64,000 nucleotides of DNA, taken from positions 9,672,001 to 9,736,000 of the forward strand of contig NC_087436.1 in assembly GCF_036321535.1 (NCBI RefSeq), given 5' to 3'. Below are positions 27,200 to 39,734 of this stretch, piece by piece. Within the stretch, counting starts at the first letter, position 1, and every line of letters begins with the position of its first letter. A model generated the notes under the pieces. It was not told the origin of the DNA and did not search any database. It was given only the letters and a program-made list of their open reading frames with translations. The position numbers and the translations under genes were made by a program. This stretch comes from Camelus dromedarius. Lineage: Eukaryota.

Positions 27200-28098
27200 T
27201 TAGAATAGCCCTTCCAATATTTCTTTTAGCATGGGTTTAGTGTTGCTAAACTCCTGCAGTTTTTTTTGTCTGTGAAACTCTTTATTTCTCCTTCTATCCT
27301 CAAGGATAGCCTTGCTGGATAAAGGATCCTAGGCTGCATCTTTTTTTCATTCAGGGCTTTGAATATATCTTGCCACTCCCTTCTGGCTTGTAGTGTTTGT
27401 GTAGAGAAATCAGCTGAGAGCCTTATGGGGGTTCCCTTGTAACTTACTCTTTGCTTTTTTCTTGCTGCCTTTAGAATCATTTCTTTATCCTTGACTCTGG
27501 CCATCTTGATTATGATATGTCTTGGTGTGGGTCTTTTTGGGTTCTTCCTGTTTGGGACCCTCTGAGCTTCCTGTACTTGGATATCTGATTCCTTCTTTAA
27601 GTTTGGGATGTTTTCAGTCATGATTTCTTCAAAAACCTTTTCAATCCCCTTTGATCTTTCTTCTCCTTCTGGGACCCCTATTATGCGAAGATTGGGACGC
27701 TTTATATGATCCCATAGGTCCCTTATGCTATTTTCATTATTTTTTATTTGCTTCTCTTGTAGTTCTTCTGAATGGGTGCTTTCTATTGCCCTGTCTTCTA
27801 GATCACTAATTCGTTCCTCTGCATTATCTAGTCGGCTTGCACAGCTATTAGATCATTCCTCATCTCTGTCAATGAGTTTACCCATTCTACTTGGCTCTTC
27901 TTTATAGCTTCAATTTCATTTTTGACATATTTTATATCTCTAAACACTATCTCTTAATTCCTTCAGCAATTCGATCACTCCTTTTTTGAAATCTTGATCT
28001 AGTAGGCTATCGATGTCTATTTCGTTGATCTTTCTTTCAGGGGATTTCTCTTGTTCTTTTAATTGGGAAAGGTTTTTCTGCTTCTTCATCTTGCTCAT
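27200..28098 (-). pseudogene. L1 ORF1p (RNA-binding protein), frameshifted
   Basis: MSKMKKQKNLSQLKE...; ORF 27226-27621 has PRHIIIK, IRLSADFS, ARREW and YPARLS. Three 1-nt deletions in A-runs at about 27955, 27838 and 27262. Confidence 0.93.
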
Positions 28099-28499
28099 AC
28101 CTCTTTGGCACTGTGGTTTATGGAGTATCAGTTGTTTATTTTGGTCCTTAAGGATTTTATCTATCTGATGCCTATTTAGGAATAGAACTTAGGAAAAAAA
28201 GAAAAAAAAGTAAGAGAGAGAAAGAATTTTAAAAGAAGGGAGAAAGAGGGTTTGAAAACAGTGTATAATGAATAATAGAAGGGTGAGTTGAAGCAGAGTA
28301 TTAATCGGGTTGAGACGTCCTTTTAAAACCTTTACAAAAAAAGGGGGGGGGGGAGATGAATAGATGTATTTGAAACCTGTGTCTAATCAATAGCAGGACA
28401 TCAAAACCCAAGAGAAATAGAAATGAATTAAGAAGTAAAGATTAAGAGAGTAATAGAAAATAGAACAGGTAAAAACAGATTTTAAAAAAAGGGGGGGGG

Positions 28500-29756
28500 G
28501 GTTGTCGGTGTTCTCTTGGAGTCTGTGTGCTTTTAATGTGAAGTCTTTCTGTCTTCGTCCTGTTTTGGAAGCTCAGCTTGCTGTTTTCAGAGGCCCTCCG
28601 TTGGCGCCCTCTTCTGTGCTGCTCCCAGCACCTATCGGCAAGCAGATCGGGCCTCCTCCTAACACTGGGTCAGGTGCAGCTCTCTGCTGTGGGCGGGCAG
28701 GTCGCTGTCCCTCCGGATGCCACAGTCAGATGTTGCAGACTGGCCGGGTAGGAGGGCGGGTCGTGCCCCCTCCCAGCACCTCGGTCAGGGGCTGTGTTCA
28801 TGCCCGAAAGGCGGGGGGCCGCTCTCCCTCTACCTGCGCCGGGGGTAGTTCCGCTCTCTGTGCGGCTGCGCGCTCCGCCCTGGTCGGCGCTCCGTGGGTG
28901 GGCTCGGGGAAGCCCTGTCCCTGCTCCGAGCCAAAACCCAGCTCCTTGTTTGTCTTTGTGGAGCAAGTTCTCTGAGGGACCAGGATGGAAGGATCCTATG
29001 TGCCCTGGGATGCAGGCCAGTCTCAGTCTGGCCTTTGAGGCTGCTAAGCCCTTCGGTGCGGATGCAGGTTTCGCCCCCGCCCCCGCCTGGGTGCTCAGCA
29101 CGGAGGACATGGCGGCTGTGCCTGCGCCCCGCCTCTCTTCCCCCGAAAACTTTCCGCGGGATTTCAGAGATGGGGGTGTGCACCCTTCCCCCGAGAGCAC
29201 ATCAACCTTGCTGTTTTATGGAGGGCCCAGGTTGTTCTGCCCTGTGCACCCACAGCCATGGCACGCAGCCCCTTGCATTCCCCCGGGGCTGCCTCCGTGC
29301 AGCCACTTCCGTCCTCCACCCGGCTTGTGCAGCCTGGCCCTGCCCGCGGCTGCCGGCCCGCGTCTCAGGCTGGGTGTCGGGGGGACGCTCTGTGCCCGTT
29401 TAACTTAGTTCTGTCAGTCAAGGGCTGCTCTGTACAGATCCGAGCCTCGGAGGCACCCCCTCCGTCCCGCTGGCCTCTCAGTTGGAGAGGGGAGACCCAG
29501 CGAGCGAGCGCCAGTCCTCCTTTGCCACTCCCTCCCCGCGGGACCTGTCCCGTGCTGCTTTGCCTTTTGGTCTTTCTTTTTTCCTTTTCTCCTACCAGAT
29601 TTTTGGCGTCTTTATCTTTTGAAGAGGGCGATGTTCTGTCGGAGTTCCACAGGTGCTCTGGTTGGCTGAGTGGGTCTGTAGATGTGGGTCTTGGTATATT
29701 TGTGGGAGAGGGTGACCTGCGAGCGTCCTTCTACTCCGCCATCTTCTCTTGTCGGT
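28500..29756 (-). promoter_or_regulatory. L1 5'UTR internal promoter / CpG-rich island
   Basis: Dense unmutated CpGs. YY1-type AAGATGGCGG within about 20 nt of the 5' end (plus strand ccgccatctt, 29736-29745). Confidence 0.85.
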
Positions 29757-29804
29757 AATAATATCTTAATATGTATAAGAATTAGGTTACTAGTGGTGAA
29801 GAGA

Positions 29805-30045
<241 letters not shown>

Positions 30046-30200
30046 TAGGTAGGTACAGAGGAAGAAAAAGAGGGAAGAAGGGAGGATGAATTTTATAAAT
30101 ATTGGCAAAATAAAATTAAGATAAATTACTGACTCTTTGTATATAAGAAAGATGAATCAAATATGACCCTAAGATTTGACTTACAAACTACTTAGGTTAA

Positions 30201-30353
30201 GGGGTGGAGGGTACAGCTCAGTGGTAGAGCATTTGCTTACCATGCACGAGCTCTTGGGTTCAATACCCAGTACGTCCATTAAATAAATACATAAATACAT
30301 AAATTTTTTAAAAACCTAATTACTCCTCCCATCCCTCAAAAATTAAAACAAAC
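30201..30353 (+). mobile_element. Camelid tRNA-derived SINE (vic-1 type) with TSD
   Basis: A-box and B-box present. TSD aactacttaggttaa (30186-30200) / aacttcttaggttaa (30354-30368), 14/15 match. Confidence 0.92.
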
Positions 30354-30829
30354 AACTTCTTAGGTTAAACTGTGAGGTTAAACTTTAATGTCTTAAAAGT
30401 CTCTTGAAATTACTTTGTTTTTCTTTTAAAAATGCATATAAACACAAGATGATATATTCTATTTCTCTATGTGGTAAGATGTAAAGTTACAGATTTTTTA
30501 AAAAACAACAAATATCTGTTTTATTGGTTTCCTCCCTGTTCATTAAACACAACTTTGTTTCACTTCCAAATTTTCTTAGGATCCGTTGCCTTTCCACCTC
30601 GCTACCTATTTCAAATCTCTTTTCAGTATTCCTTTAAAAAAATCATTCAGATTTCCTATAGTTGAAGAGTTCTTTGTACTGTTAACCATTAGGCAACTAA
30701 AATTTTTAAATGACAGCATCCCATATGTCTCACTAGCTGAAAAATTGCTAGCACTTCGTACTGCTTTTGTTTATATTATTTCTGCTCATTATTCCTTCTA
30801 AGAGAAGCCTAATGCAATCCTCATTGCAG

Positions 30830-31260
30830 AGGCAGAGGACAGGCATGGGGGTTTTCTTATGACTCATCTCTGCCCACTCCCTTCAGCCAGAGCTAATTGT
30901 GATGTACCGCCTGGCTGAGAAAACAGAGACTGAGCCAGACTCCTTCCCTTGGAATGTGAGCTAAGTGACCCCAAAGACAATAAATTTGGTTAATAGAGAA
31001 ATCTAGAGCCAGGAGGTTAAGTTCCAAATCAAAGATATAAGAGCAAACCCTGTAAATAATCTGAGGGAGTCAGGGGGAATAATTGAGTGGATGACAGAGG
31101 AAATTGGAACAGCCTTAGAGAGAATGACAATGTGAATGGCAACTATAAAAGAGAATCAGAGCATTCACCAGGACCAACGTCTTTCCAATTCTTTCTTAAA
31201 TAACTCCTTTCTGAACTAAGCAGAACATACATTCTGTTTCTTATATCCAAACTGGTCTGC
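30830..31260 (+). mobile_element. Possible ancient ERVL LTR (LTR16-like)
   Basis: Degenerate ...ctgagccagactccttcccttggaatgtgagc...ttctgtttcttatatccaa. Recognised by eye only. Confidence 0.3.
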
Positions 31261-31366
31261 CCAAAACTTTCCATAACCCTCCATTTCTAAGAAACTAAAA
31301 TATGCTTAGACCTCATTCTCAGAAACAGGCTAAGCAGGATAGAGGGTGAAGAGACACACTACTGCC

Positions 31367-32537
31367 CCTAGGGAAGGACAAATCTGACTCCATATTCAAT
31401 CTGTTCCTTTAGCTCTAACCGTGTGCTCTGATTCCTGTGCTTAGTCATGTCAGAGCAGGCAGATAGCTAGATATGAGCAGAGAACGGGGAGCACAGGCCA
31501 AATGGCAGGAATTGGGCAGAAAGGAGGGGCACAGGCCAAACACAGGAAACCATACATTATGTAGGCACCAGGGGTCCCCGGCCAGAGAAGGAAAAGCAGA
31601 AACCTCTGGGCTAATAAGCGGTCACACCTTTTAGGGTGATGAGTGGCCTGGAGGTCAACAAAGAAACGTGGCAAAAGTCAGGAATGTCCAAAATGTAACC
31701 TTTTGCTCATTATGCCCCCATTACAATAAAATTAACCTTGCAGATTAGAAATACCCTTCATGTACTGACGCCATGACACTTCCAATCCATATTAAATAAG
31801 GACAAAAATCCCTTCTCCCTTTGGGAAGGTGGAGTTAGAATGAAAATCAGGGACTACGACCCCAAACCTTCTCCTCTCCAGTGAATATTCCGCTGATTCA
31901 TTTTTACACCCTATGTAAGCAACTTGCCAAAGAAACTCAGAGCAGCCACTCACCTGAGCCTTCCCACTCTCCCCTTGAAAGTGTACTATCCATCCTTTAA
32001 TAAATCCTCACTTTACTTTCTTGATCTCTACATTTTATCTCTAAATTTTTTCTGGGCTTAAACTAGAACCCAGATACTGGTTACATTTACTGGCAACAGG
32101 CATACTCATTCTGCATCTTTTGTAAAAGAATGTTGCCTGGAGCCTGAAATATACAGGACAGCCTATTCTCAAGGCTCTGACCTTTAAGGGTGTAACACTT
32201 TTCCATTCATATAGAGATCACAAAGTTGCAGGACAGAAAATAACATTTGTCTTGTTGGAAGTTTACAGGAACATCTTGACCTGACCTACATGGACAGCTG
32301 CAAGAACAAAGGATTCTGACACCAAGAAGTTTGCAACAACCAACCATACCCCTACTCTTTATAGTAAAAAAGGAGCCTGAATTCTGACTTGGGGAAGTTG
32401 GTTCTCCAGGACATTAGTTCCCCAGCTTCTTGGTCTGCTGGTTTTCCAAATATAGTTGTTATTCCTTGCCCCAACATCTCATCTCCTGATTTACTGGCCT
32501 GATATGTGGCAAGCAAAGAGAGTTTGGACTCGATACA
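31367..32537 (+). mobile_element. ERV1-class solo LTR interrupted by a second LTR
   Basis: Opens tagggaaggacaaatctgactccatatt and closes gagtttggactcgataca. Split at 31447/32099. Confidence 0.7.
31448..32098 (+). mobile_element. ERV1-class solo LTR nested in another LTR
   Basis: TG...CA termini (tgtcagagcagg...ggcaaca), AATAAA, flanks gtca/ggca (3/4 TSD). Homologous to 21536-22136. Confidence 0.85.
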
Positions 32538-33587
32538 ACCTGGTCACAACTGATGGAAGGACACAAGATGATAACCACACTTTTGTGTTTAAACTAAGTG
32601 TATTTACATTATAGATATTATCTATAACCTTTTCTACATAACACAATAGAAGTTTACAATCTTTATGTGGTTTTCTACAAGACATGCAAACTCCTTCCAT
32701 GTCCTGTGCATACTTGTCCACACTTGAAGCAGATTAGCTCTTTATTATTTGAGTAAAAAGACAAAAAAGAAAAAAAGGCAAATATTTTCTAGACATGGCA
32801 GCAGTATTTTTGACCTTTAGAATAGTACCAAAAAAATATAGCCTGAGAAAACAAACCAACATCTTCTCAACGTGAAGAGCTTGCTTCTTTCATGTCCCTT
32901 TACGTCATAAATGACCCTAGGACATTTTGAGCCTCCCTCAGGGAGTTCTGAAAAGAATTCTGAAGGGCACTTACATGGTACTAGAAAGTAAAACAATTTT
33001 GACTAGACTGATCAGCAAACTGGGGCTATTTGAATGAGGGAAGGAAAACCATCATCAGAGGAGACCTTTTAGAAGACAAATTCTAATTCTACAAATTGTA
33101 GAATACATTTTTATGACAGGAGATCATTTTGTTAGAACACAGGGTAAGAAAATTAAAGTAAGATGTCAGCATTGCATAATTAATTTGCTCTGATATTCCT
33201 AAATTATAAAAATGAGTGTATTATAACTTCAGTATTTCAAATTCTACTTGAAAGTAGGTAAAGCAAATATATGAATAAATAAACCACATGTACATATCCA
33301 ATAAATATCAAAAGTATACAAATTGTAAGCACCTATTCCAGTGACTGCTGTTAATCACAACTTCCATTTATACTTCCTTTGAACTGTCAAGACCATAATG
33401 AAAACCAACATGTTTTACCCCAAATGGCATTGCCTAGCTTGAAAGTTTTATCAGGCTTTGGCTAACAATGACTTTTTACATTTTTAAACTCTCAAAAGAT
33501 GAAGATTAAAGTTTTTTTTTTTTAAATACTACAGATTTTGAAGGTATTAAACAGTTCCAAAATATTTGGGGTACCAACTCTTTCCCT

Positions 33588-35972
33588 GGAGGTGAATCAA
33601 GATGATGGAATAACCCATTTTTGATGGTTTTGTCACCCCACAAACTCATCAAAATACATATATATGTGAAACAATTCTCCCTGAAAGCTAACTGGAAACT
33701 GGCAGAGGGACTCCTTACAATCAAGGCTGTAAGAAAGATACACACATAATAGGGTAGGAATGGAAGGAAAGTGACTAGGTCGGGATCTGTGCTCCAGCAC
33801 ACTCCCACTCTGGGACAAGAGTCCCAGTATAGGGAGAAGGTAAAACACACAATTAAAGGAAACAGAGCCAGCTCAGGTTTGACCCCCAGGGGCTCTACTC
33901 CAGTAACTTAGGGTCAGATGCCAACCCTCATAGGTTCAGTGATAGCCACTGAGCATAGACGAAGTCCTTCCTTACACATGGATCCAGATCTAGCCCTTCT
34001 ATCTCCAGTCCCGCCTCCTACCAAGGTGATAGCTGCCAGCACACACTCAAAAAGATGTAAGTGGCATCTATGTCAAATCCAGACTTCCCGCTAAAGGCAC
34101 TGGGCACAAACAGTATGCAAAGGCACATTTCCTCTTAAGAACACACATTCAAGACTGCAATTGGTAAATAATTGACCTAAATTCAAAGAGGCAGAGAAAG
34201 TTAAGCAAAATGAAAAGGAAGAAATTGCTCTCAGTTTAAAGAGCAAAGGAAAATCCTAAAAAATAAATAATGAAACAGAAATAAATAATTTACCAGATAA
34301 AGAATTGCTAATAAAAATGTTAACTAAATTAGAGGAAAGAAGAGATGTACACAGGGAAACTGTTAACAAGACACTAGAAAATATAAACAGACTCAATCAA
34401 AAATGAAGAATTCAATAGCTGAAATTAAAAATGCACTACAAGGAATGAACAGTGTAGGCTAAATGACATGGAAGAATGCATAAGTGATCTGGAAGATAGA
34501 ACAATGGAAATCGCCCAGTTGGAAAAGCAAAAACAAAAATGAATATTAAAAAAGAAAGCATTTTAAAAAATCTCTGGGATAACAATAAACACATTAATAT
34601 TTGCATTATAAGGGGTCCCAGGAGGACAAGAGGGATAGATGGGGATTGAAAATGTATTTGAGGAAAGTATGGCTGAAAATTTTCCCAAACATAAAGAAAA
34701 AAACAGACATCCAGGAACAGGAAACACAGAGGGTCCCAAACAAGATAAACCCAAACAGACCCACAGCAAGATATATCTTAATAAAAATGGCAAATTTAAA
34801 GTTAAAGAGATAATTCTAAAGGCAGCAAGAGTAAAAGAAAGAGTCATGTACAAGGGAATCCCCTAAGGCTATCAGCTGATTTATCTGTAGAAACTTTGCA
34901 GTCCAGGAGGGAGTAGAATGATAAGGTGAAAATCCTAAAAGGAAACCAGACAACCTAGGATAGTCTATCCAGCAAGATTATCACTTAGAATCAAAGGAGA
35001 GATAAAGAACTTCTCAGACAAGAAAAAACTAGACGAGTTCATCAATATTAAACATACCCTAAAGGAAACTTTAAAGGGTTTTTTCTAAGTGTGAAAGTAA
35101 GAATCTATAGGAAAGGAAAAGGCCCACTAGGGAAGGCAGATACATAGTAAGGACTAAGGATCAACCACGTAAATAAGCCAGTACAAAAATTACAAGACAA
35201 AAAATAGATTATACAAGGAACTCTAAGTAACATAAACAGTAAAGGGATCAACATAAAGATATAAAATATTCCATCAAAAACACAAAAGGCAGTGGAGGGG
35301 AGAAAAAAATATAGATCTTTTAGAATGTGCTTGAACTTAAATTATTACCAGTTTAAAACAAGTAAATATATTTACAGGTCAACATATAGGAACCCCAGGG
35401 TGAACACAAATCAAGCACCTACAACAGATACACAAAAATTTAAAAGAAAAAACGCAAGCATACTACAAAGAAAATAATCAAAACACAAGAGAAAAAACAA
35501 AAAGAAGAAATGAACAGAGAAGAACTACAAAAACAACCAGAAAAGAAGTAACAAAATAGCAATAAGTACATAGCTATCAATAATCACTAAATGCCCCAAT
35601 TAAATAACATATGATGTTTAGTTAGATTTTTTTAAGAGACTTATCTATATGTTGCCTACAAAAGAATCACTTCAGAATTTAAGACAAACACAGACTGAAA
35701 GTGAGAGGATAGAAAAAGATATTTCATACAAGTGGAAATGACAAGGAAGCAGGGGTGGCAATATTTGTAACAGACAAAATAGACTTTAAGACAAAGCCTA
35801 TAGCAAAAGACAAAGAAAGGCATTATATAATGACAAAAAAGGATATTATTCTTGTTAATATATCCACCTGATACAGGAGAACCTAGGTATATAAAGCAAA
35901 TAATAACACATGTAAAAAGAGAAATTGACAATTATACAATAATAGTAGGGGACTTTAACACCTGACTGACAT
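33588..35972 (+). mobile_element. Older L1: 5'UTR, ORF1 (about 34210-35090), spacer and ORF2 EN N-terminus; 3'-truncated
   Basis: 5' aatcaagatg. ORF1 peptides GIENVFEESMAENFP, QRVPNKINPNRPTARYILIKMA and EIILKAARVKE. EN text ends just after IVGDFNT. Confidence 0.9.
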
Positions 35973-37464
35973 CTCGTAAGAGATCCTTGCCATATGTATC
36001 AGATATATTCTAATTACAATTTCAGAAATCTACCTGAACTGACTCAGTTTTATACAAAAGATTGATTGGCACAAATAACCAATCTTTTTCAAGAACAGTG
36101 GTGTACCTGGGCCACAGGGTGACAGGATCAAAGGACATGAAAATTACCAGGATACACTCCTTCCACCTCTTACTCTGTTTTTTGTTTTTTGTTTTTTGTT
36201 TTTTCCTGCATAGATTCTCCTTATTCAATCTGGTTTTCCCCACTGGCTTAGAAGCAAAAGCACCAAAGATCTTATTAATATTGTTCATTACTTTTGAAGA
36301 AAAACTGAAATTCTTTTTGCCTGAAGTTAATCCTAAAACCCTTTAGGAATTGTTTTTATTGGTACGAATTGGATAAAGTTCCAGCTTTGGACAAGTAACA
36401 GTAGTCAGGGAGGTGAAATATCATAATGGAGCCAAACTGGGTCAGGAACTGCATCCTAGATCAATCTACCAGAACCACGTGATTGAAGTGACAACAGTAT
36501 AGATCCAAGAACTGAGAGGAAGGCATATAAGCAGAATATCAAGCAGCGTCTACTGTCCTCAGAAGTTAAAATAATTGAGTTGCTGGACAGACCATGCTAT
36601 TAACTGTTAGATTGAACATCTTAAGTCATCAATTAGTTTTCCGATATAAAATTTTGTTTTGAACACACCTAAATACACAATGTTTCAGAAATGGGAATAA
36701 AGTGAATCATGTCCAGGATATAGAGATCCATTAGGACTGTGCTATTAGAGTGCTGAATTGCCTGTATTCAATGAAATAATTGCCATTTTCCCAAGACACC
36801 TAATTTGACAGCTCACAAAACTCTATGGCACCTGCTGTTTATGATCCTAATTATGAGAGCCCAGCAAAAATCACCACCAACAAATAATACATCAGAATAT
36901 CTCAAAGAACAGACTCAAAATGAAAGTTTCTATTACAATGAGAAAATAATAAAGTGCTTATAAATAAAGAAACCAAAGTTATGGTATCGAAAATGGCAAA
37001 ATGATTTCCCTTGAATTATGCTTCAGGAAATAAAGAACACTTTACAAGAAATATAGCATTGCCTGCAGAGTTTGAAATTGCTCCCTCCAACAGCATTGCT
37101 TCCTGTTGATATCTGTTTGCCTCGGGGGCAAGCTGTTTAACTAGCAGTTCGCCTCCAGCTGAGTACCAACATCGCCTGCTGATGACCATGTCTCTGTACA
37201 CATGGTATGATGTTGGGTCGAGGCTTTGCTCATAGCCCAGGGGTTGTGTTCTGCTTGCAGCAAATGACCCAGTCACTAAATGGGCAAGTATCCAACATTG
37301 TGTTCTTTCAACTAAGCTTATGATGTTGTTTGTTGCTTCCAACTGTTTCAATATTTCTCACATGAGGAATATTCACCCCTTGTTGAATACTTAAAGCTGG
37401 AGTGAGCAATCTCAGGAGGTCAGAATCCATGATCATGAGTGCATTATTTACTATACAGCAGGAT

Positions 37465-37518
37465 TTCTTTCTTCCTTCCTTCCTTCCTTCCTTCCTTCCT
37501 TCCTTCCTTCCTTCCTTC

Positions 37519-37593
<75 letters not shown>

Positions 37594-37658
37594 TTCTTTC
37601 TTTCTTTCTTTCTTTCTCTTTCTTTCTTTCTTTCTTTCTTCCTTTCTTTCTTTCTTTC
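37465..37658. repeat. (TTCC)n(TTTC)n compound microsatellite
   Basis: Direct reading. Confidence 0.97.
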
Positions 37659-37865
37659 GTCTTAGCCACATTCATTGACCCTCAAGAAGATCAGAAACAC
37701 TCTTGTCTCACTTTTTGTGGAAGATTTAACTCTCCCATATCATCTACTAGAAAATCTCCCAGATGATATTGAATGTGAATTTTTATTTATTTTTTTCATT
37801 CCCTAGCACAGATCCTACTAAGTAGTTAGCACTTGACAAAGGTTTCTTGATTAAATAAATATAGT

Positions 37866-38208
37866 AACTAAGTCCTTCATATTCAGGGATTCTGCATCCA
37901 TGGATTGAACCAACCATGGATTGAAAATATTCAAAAATTTCCAGAAAGTTCTAAAAGGTAAAACTTGAATTTGTCACATGCTGGCAACTATTTACATGGA
38001 ATTTACATTGTATTTATAATTATTTACATGGCTTTTACAGTGTATTAGATACTATAATCTACAAATGATTTAAAGTATAAAAGAAGATGTTCATAGATTT
38101 ATATGCAAATACTATGCCATTTTATATAAGAAACTTGTGTATACATGGATCTTGGTATCTGCAGGGGTCCTGAAACCAATCCCCAGCAGACACTGAGGGA
38201 TGACTGTA
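37866..38208 (-). mobile_element. MER2-like TcMar-Tigger non-autonomous element
   Basis: ttctgcatccatggattgaaccaacc...ggggtcctgaaaccaatccccagcagacactgagggatgactgta, ending in the TA target. Confidence 0.85.
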
Positions 38209-38389
38209 AATGAATGGCTCCCAACTAGGAAGAAATAACTCCACTAGAGGTACAGAGGACTTTCCACAGTCCAGTGGCAGCTGCATCCATCTTTAGGATT
38301 AAATGTTTTTTATTTGTATAAAAACATAATAATGATAGATGCTACTTATTACTCATTCTTTCATTACCTTGACCATTAACAGAAAAGAA

Positions 38390-38560
38390 AAAAAAATAAG
38401 CAGTAGGCTATTTTAGGAGTCCTGCAAGAGGTAACAATGGCTTGGACATAAGTGGTACCTGAAGGGACAATTAAGTGGGCAAATTCTGAATCTACATCAA
38501 AAGTGCAAACAACAAGATGTTCTTGTGAACTAGACATGAGGTGTAAAAGGACACGGAAGA
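38390..38560 (-). mobile_element. LINE-2 fragment
   Basis: aggctattttaggagtcctgcaagaggtaacaatggcttggac...aaattctgaatctac. Confidence 0.45.
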
Positions 38561-38562
38561 GT

Positions 38563-38599
<37 letters not shown>

Positions 38600-38854
38600 A
38601 ATAGACAGAGAGATAGATGGATAAACAGAGACAGAGATGAGGATAGAGATGTCAAGAAATGAGATAACAATGTGGAAGTGACCAGCATATTAATCCTACT
38701 TGCAGAACAAGAGGTAGAAAGGGATACCTACCTAGGGGCCTAAGGTAGCTTATTTTCAAAGGTGGGAAGGTTACAGGATATTTGATGATACAGACAGGAG
38801 AGGAGAGACAGATGAAAGATAAAGATGATCATGGGTGGAATTGCAGGAGCAAGT

Positions 38855-39060
38855 TTGCACTGAGTGTTCACAATGTTTTAGGGGCAGTGCCAAGTGATTC
38901 ACTTGTTTTATCTAATATAATTATTAAAACAACCCCTGAGGTAAGTATCCTTATGCTGTTTACAGATGAGTAAATGGATTAGAGAGATTTGATAACTTGC
39001 CTGAAGTCACACAGCTAATAAGAGGCAGAGCCAAGAATTTAAAAGGGAACTGTTTTGAAA
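38855..39060 (-). mobile_element. MIR SINE
   Basis: acaacccctgaggtaag...tttacagatgagtaaa...taacttgcctgaagtcacacagctaataagaggcagagcc. Confidence 0.8.
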
Positions 39061-39734
39061 TTCCGTGAGCTTGATCTGTGATTATCTACAGATGATGAGA
39101 TTTGTCAGGCCACTAAAGTACAGTCATTAATTTTATCTGAACTCAGGGCCATGAAATTCCTTATGCAGCTTTCAAAGTACCCAAGAATTATCTTTGGCTC
39201 TAAGAGAAGAACCACAAATAACATTTTTTTAAACAAATCTTAGTTACATAATTCTCCATAGTCAAGTAACAAACAATATGTACATATACATTTTCAGTTA
39301 TATCAATTTAGATACATTGTTTACACATTAATCTTCTATCCAGTTTTTTCAACCAGGACAGTACAGCAGAGTTGGAGAGAAACTTGACTATTTATTTCCC
39401 AGAGTTACAGATTATGATTGTAGACATCAAGGCAAGAAGAGGCTGAATCATTTGCCCATGATAAAAATGTAATTAGAACCAGAGAGAAGAGGAAAAATTC
39501 ATGGAGAAATTAACATAAATACATTTTCTTTTCTCTTTTTTTGCAGTATGTCAAGTACTCTTATTTTAAAATGTCCAACTAATGAGATTGATATATCTTC
39601 ACAAAATAAGGAAGGTAAAAAGTTGAAGAATTGAAGCCTAAGGAAACCATAAATTAGAAAAGTTTGTTTTGACTGTTATAGAGGACAAGCAAGAGCTTAA
39701 ACTCAACTGTATCTTTTATTTCTGAGGTAATAAG

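Larger units (their letters stand above)
22676..29756 (-). mobile_element. Full-length young LINE-1 (camelid lineage), 7081 bp
   Basis: Has a 5'UTR with a YY1 motif, ORF1, a 406-bp spacer, ORF2, a 3'UTR with AATAAA and a short A tail. Perfect TSD aataatatctt at 22665-22675 and 29757-29767. The target reads TT/AAGA on the element strand. Confidence 0.97.

Noticed and set aside
28502..29403. Other overlapping 117-176 aa ORFs in the L1 5'UTR
   Set aside because: GC-rich, stop-poor sequence opens several frames at once, most have non-ATG starts, and none has a recognisable domain.
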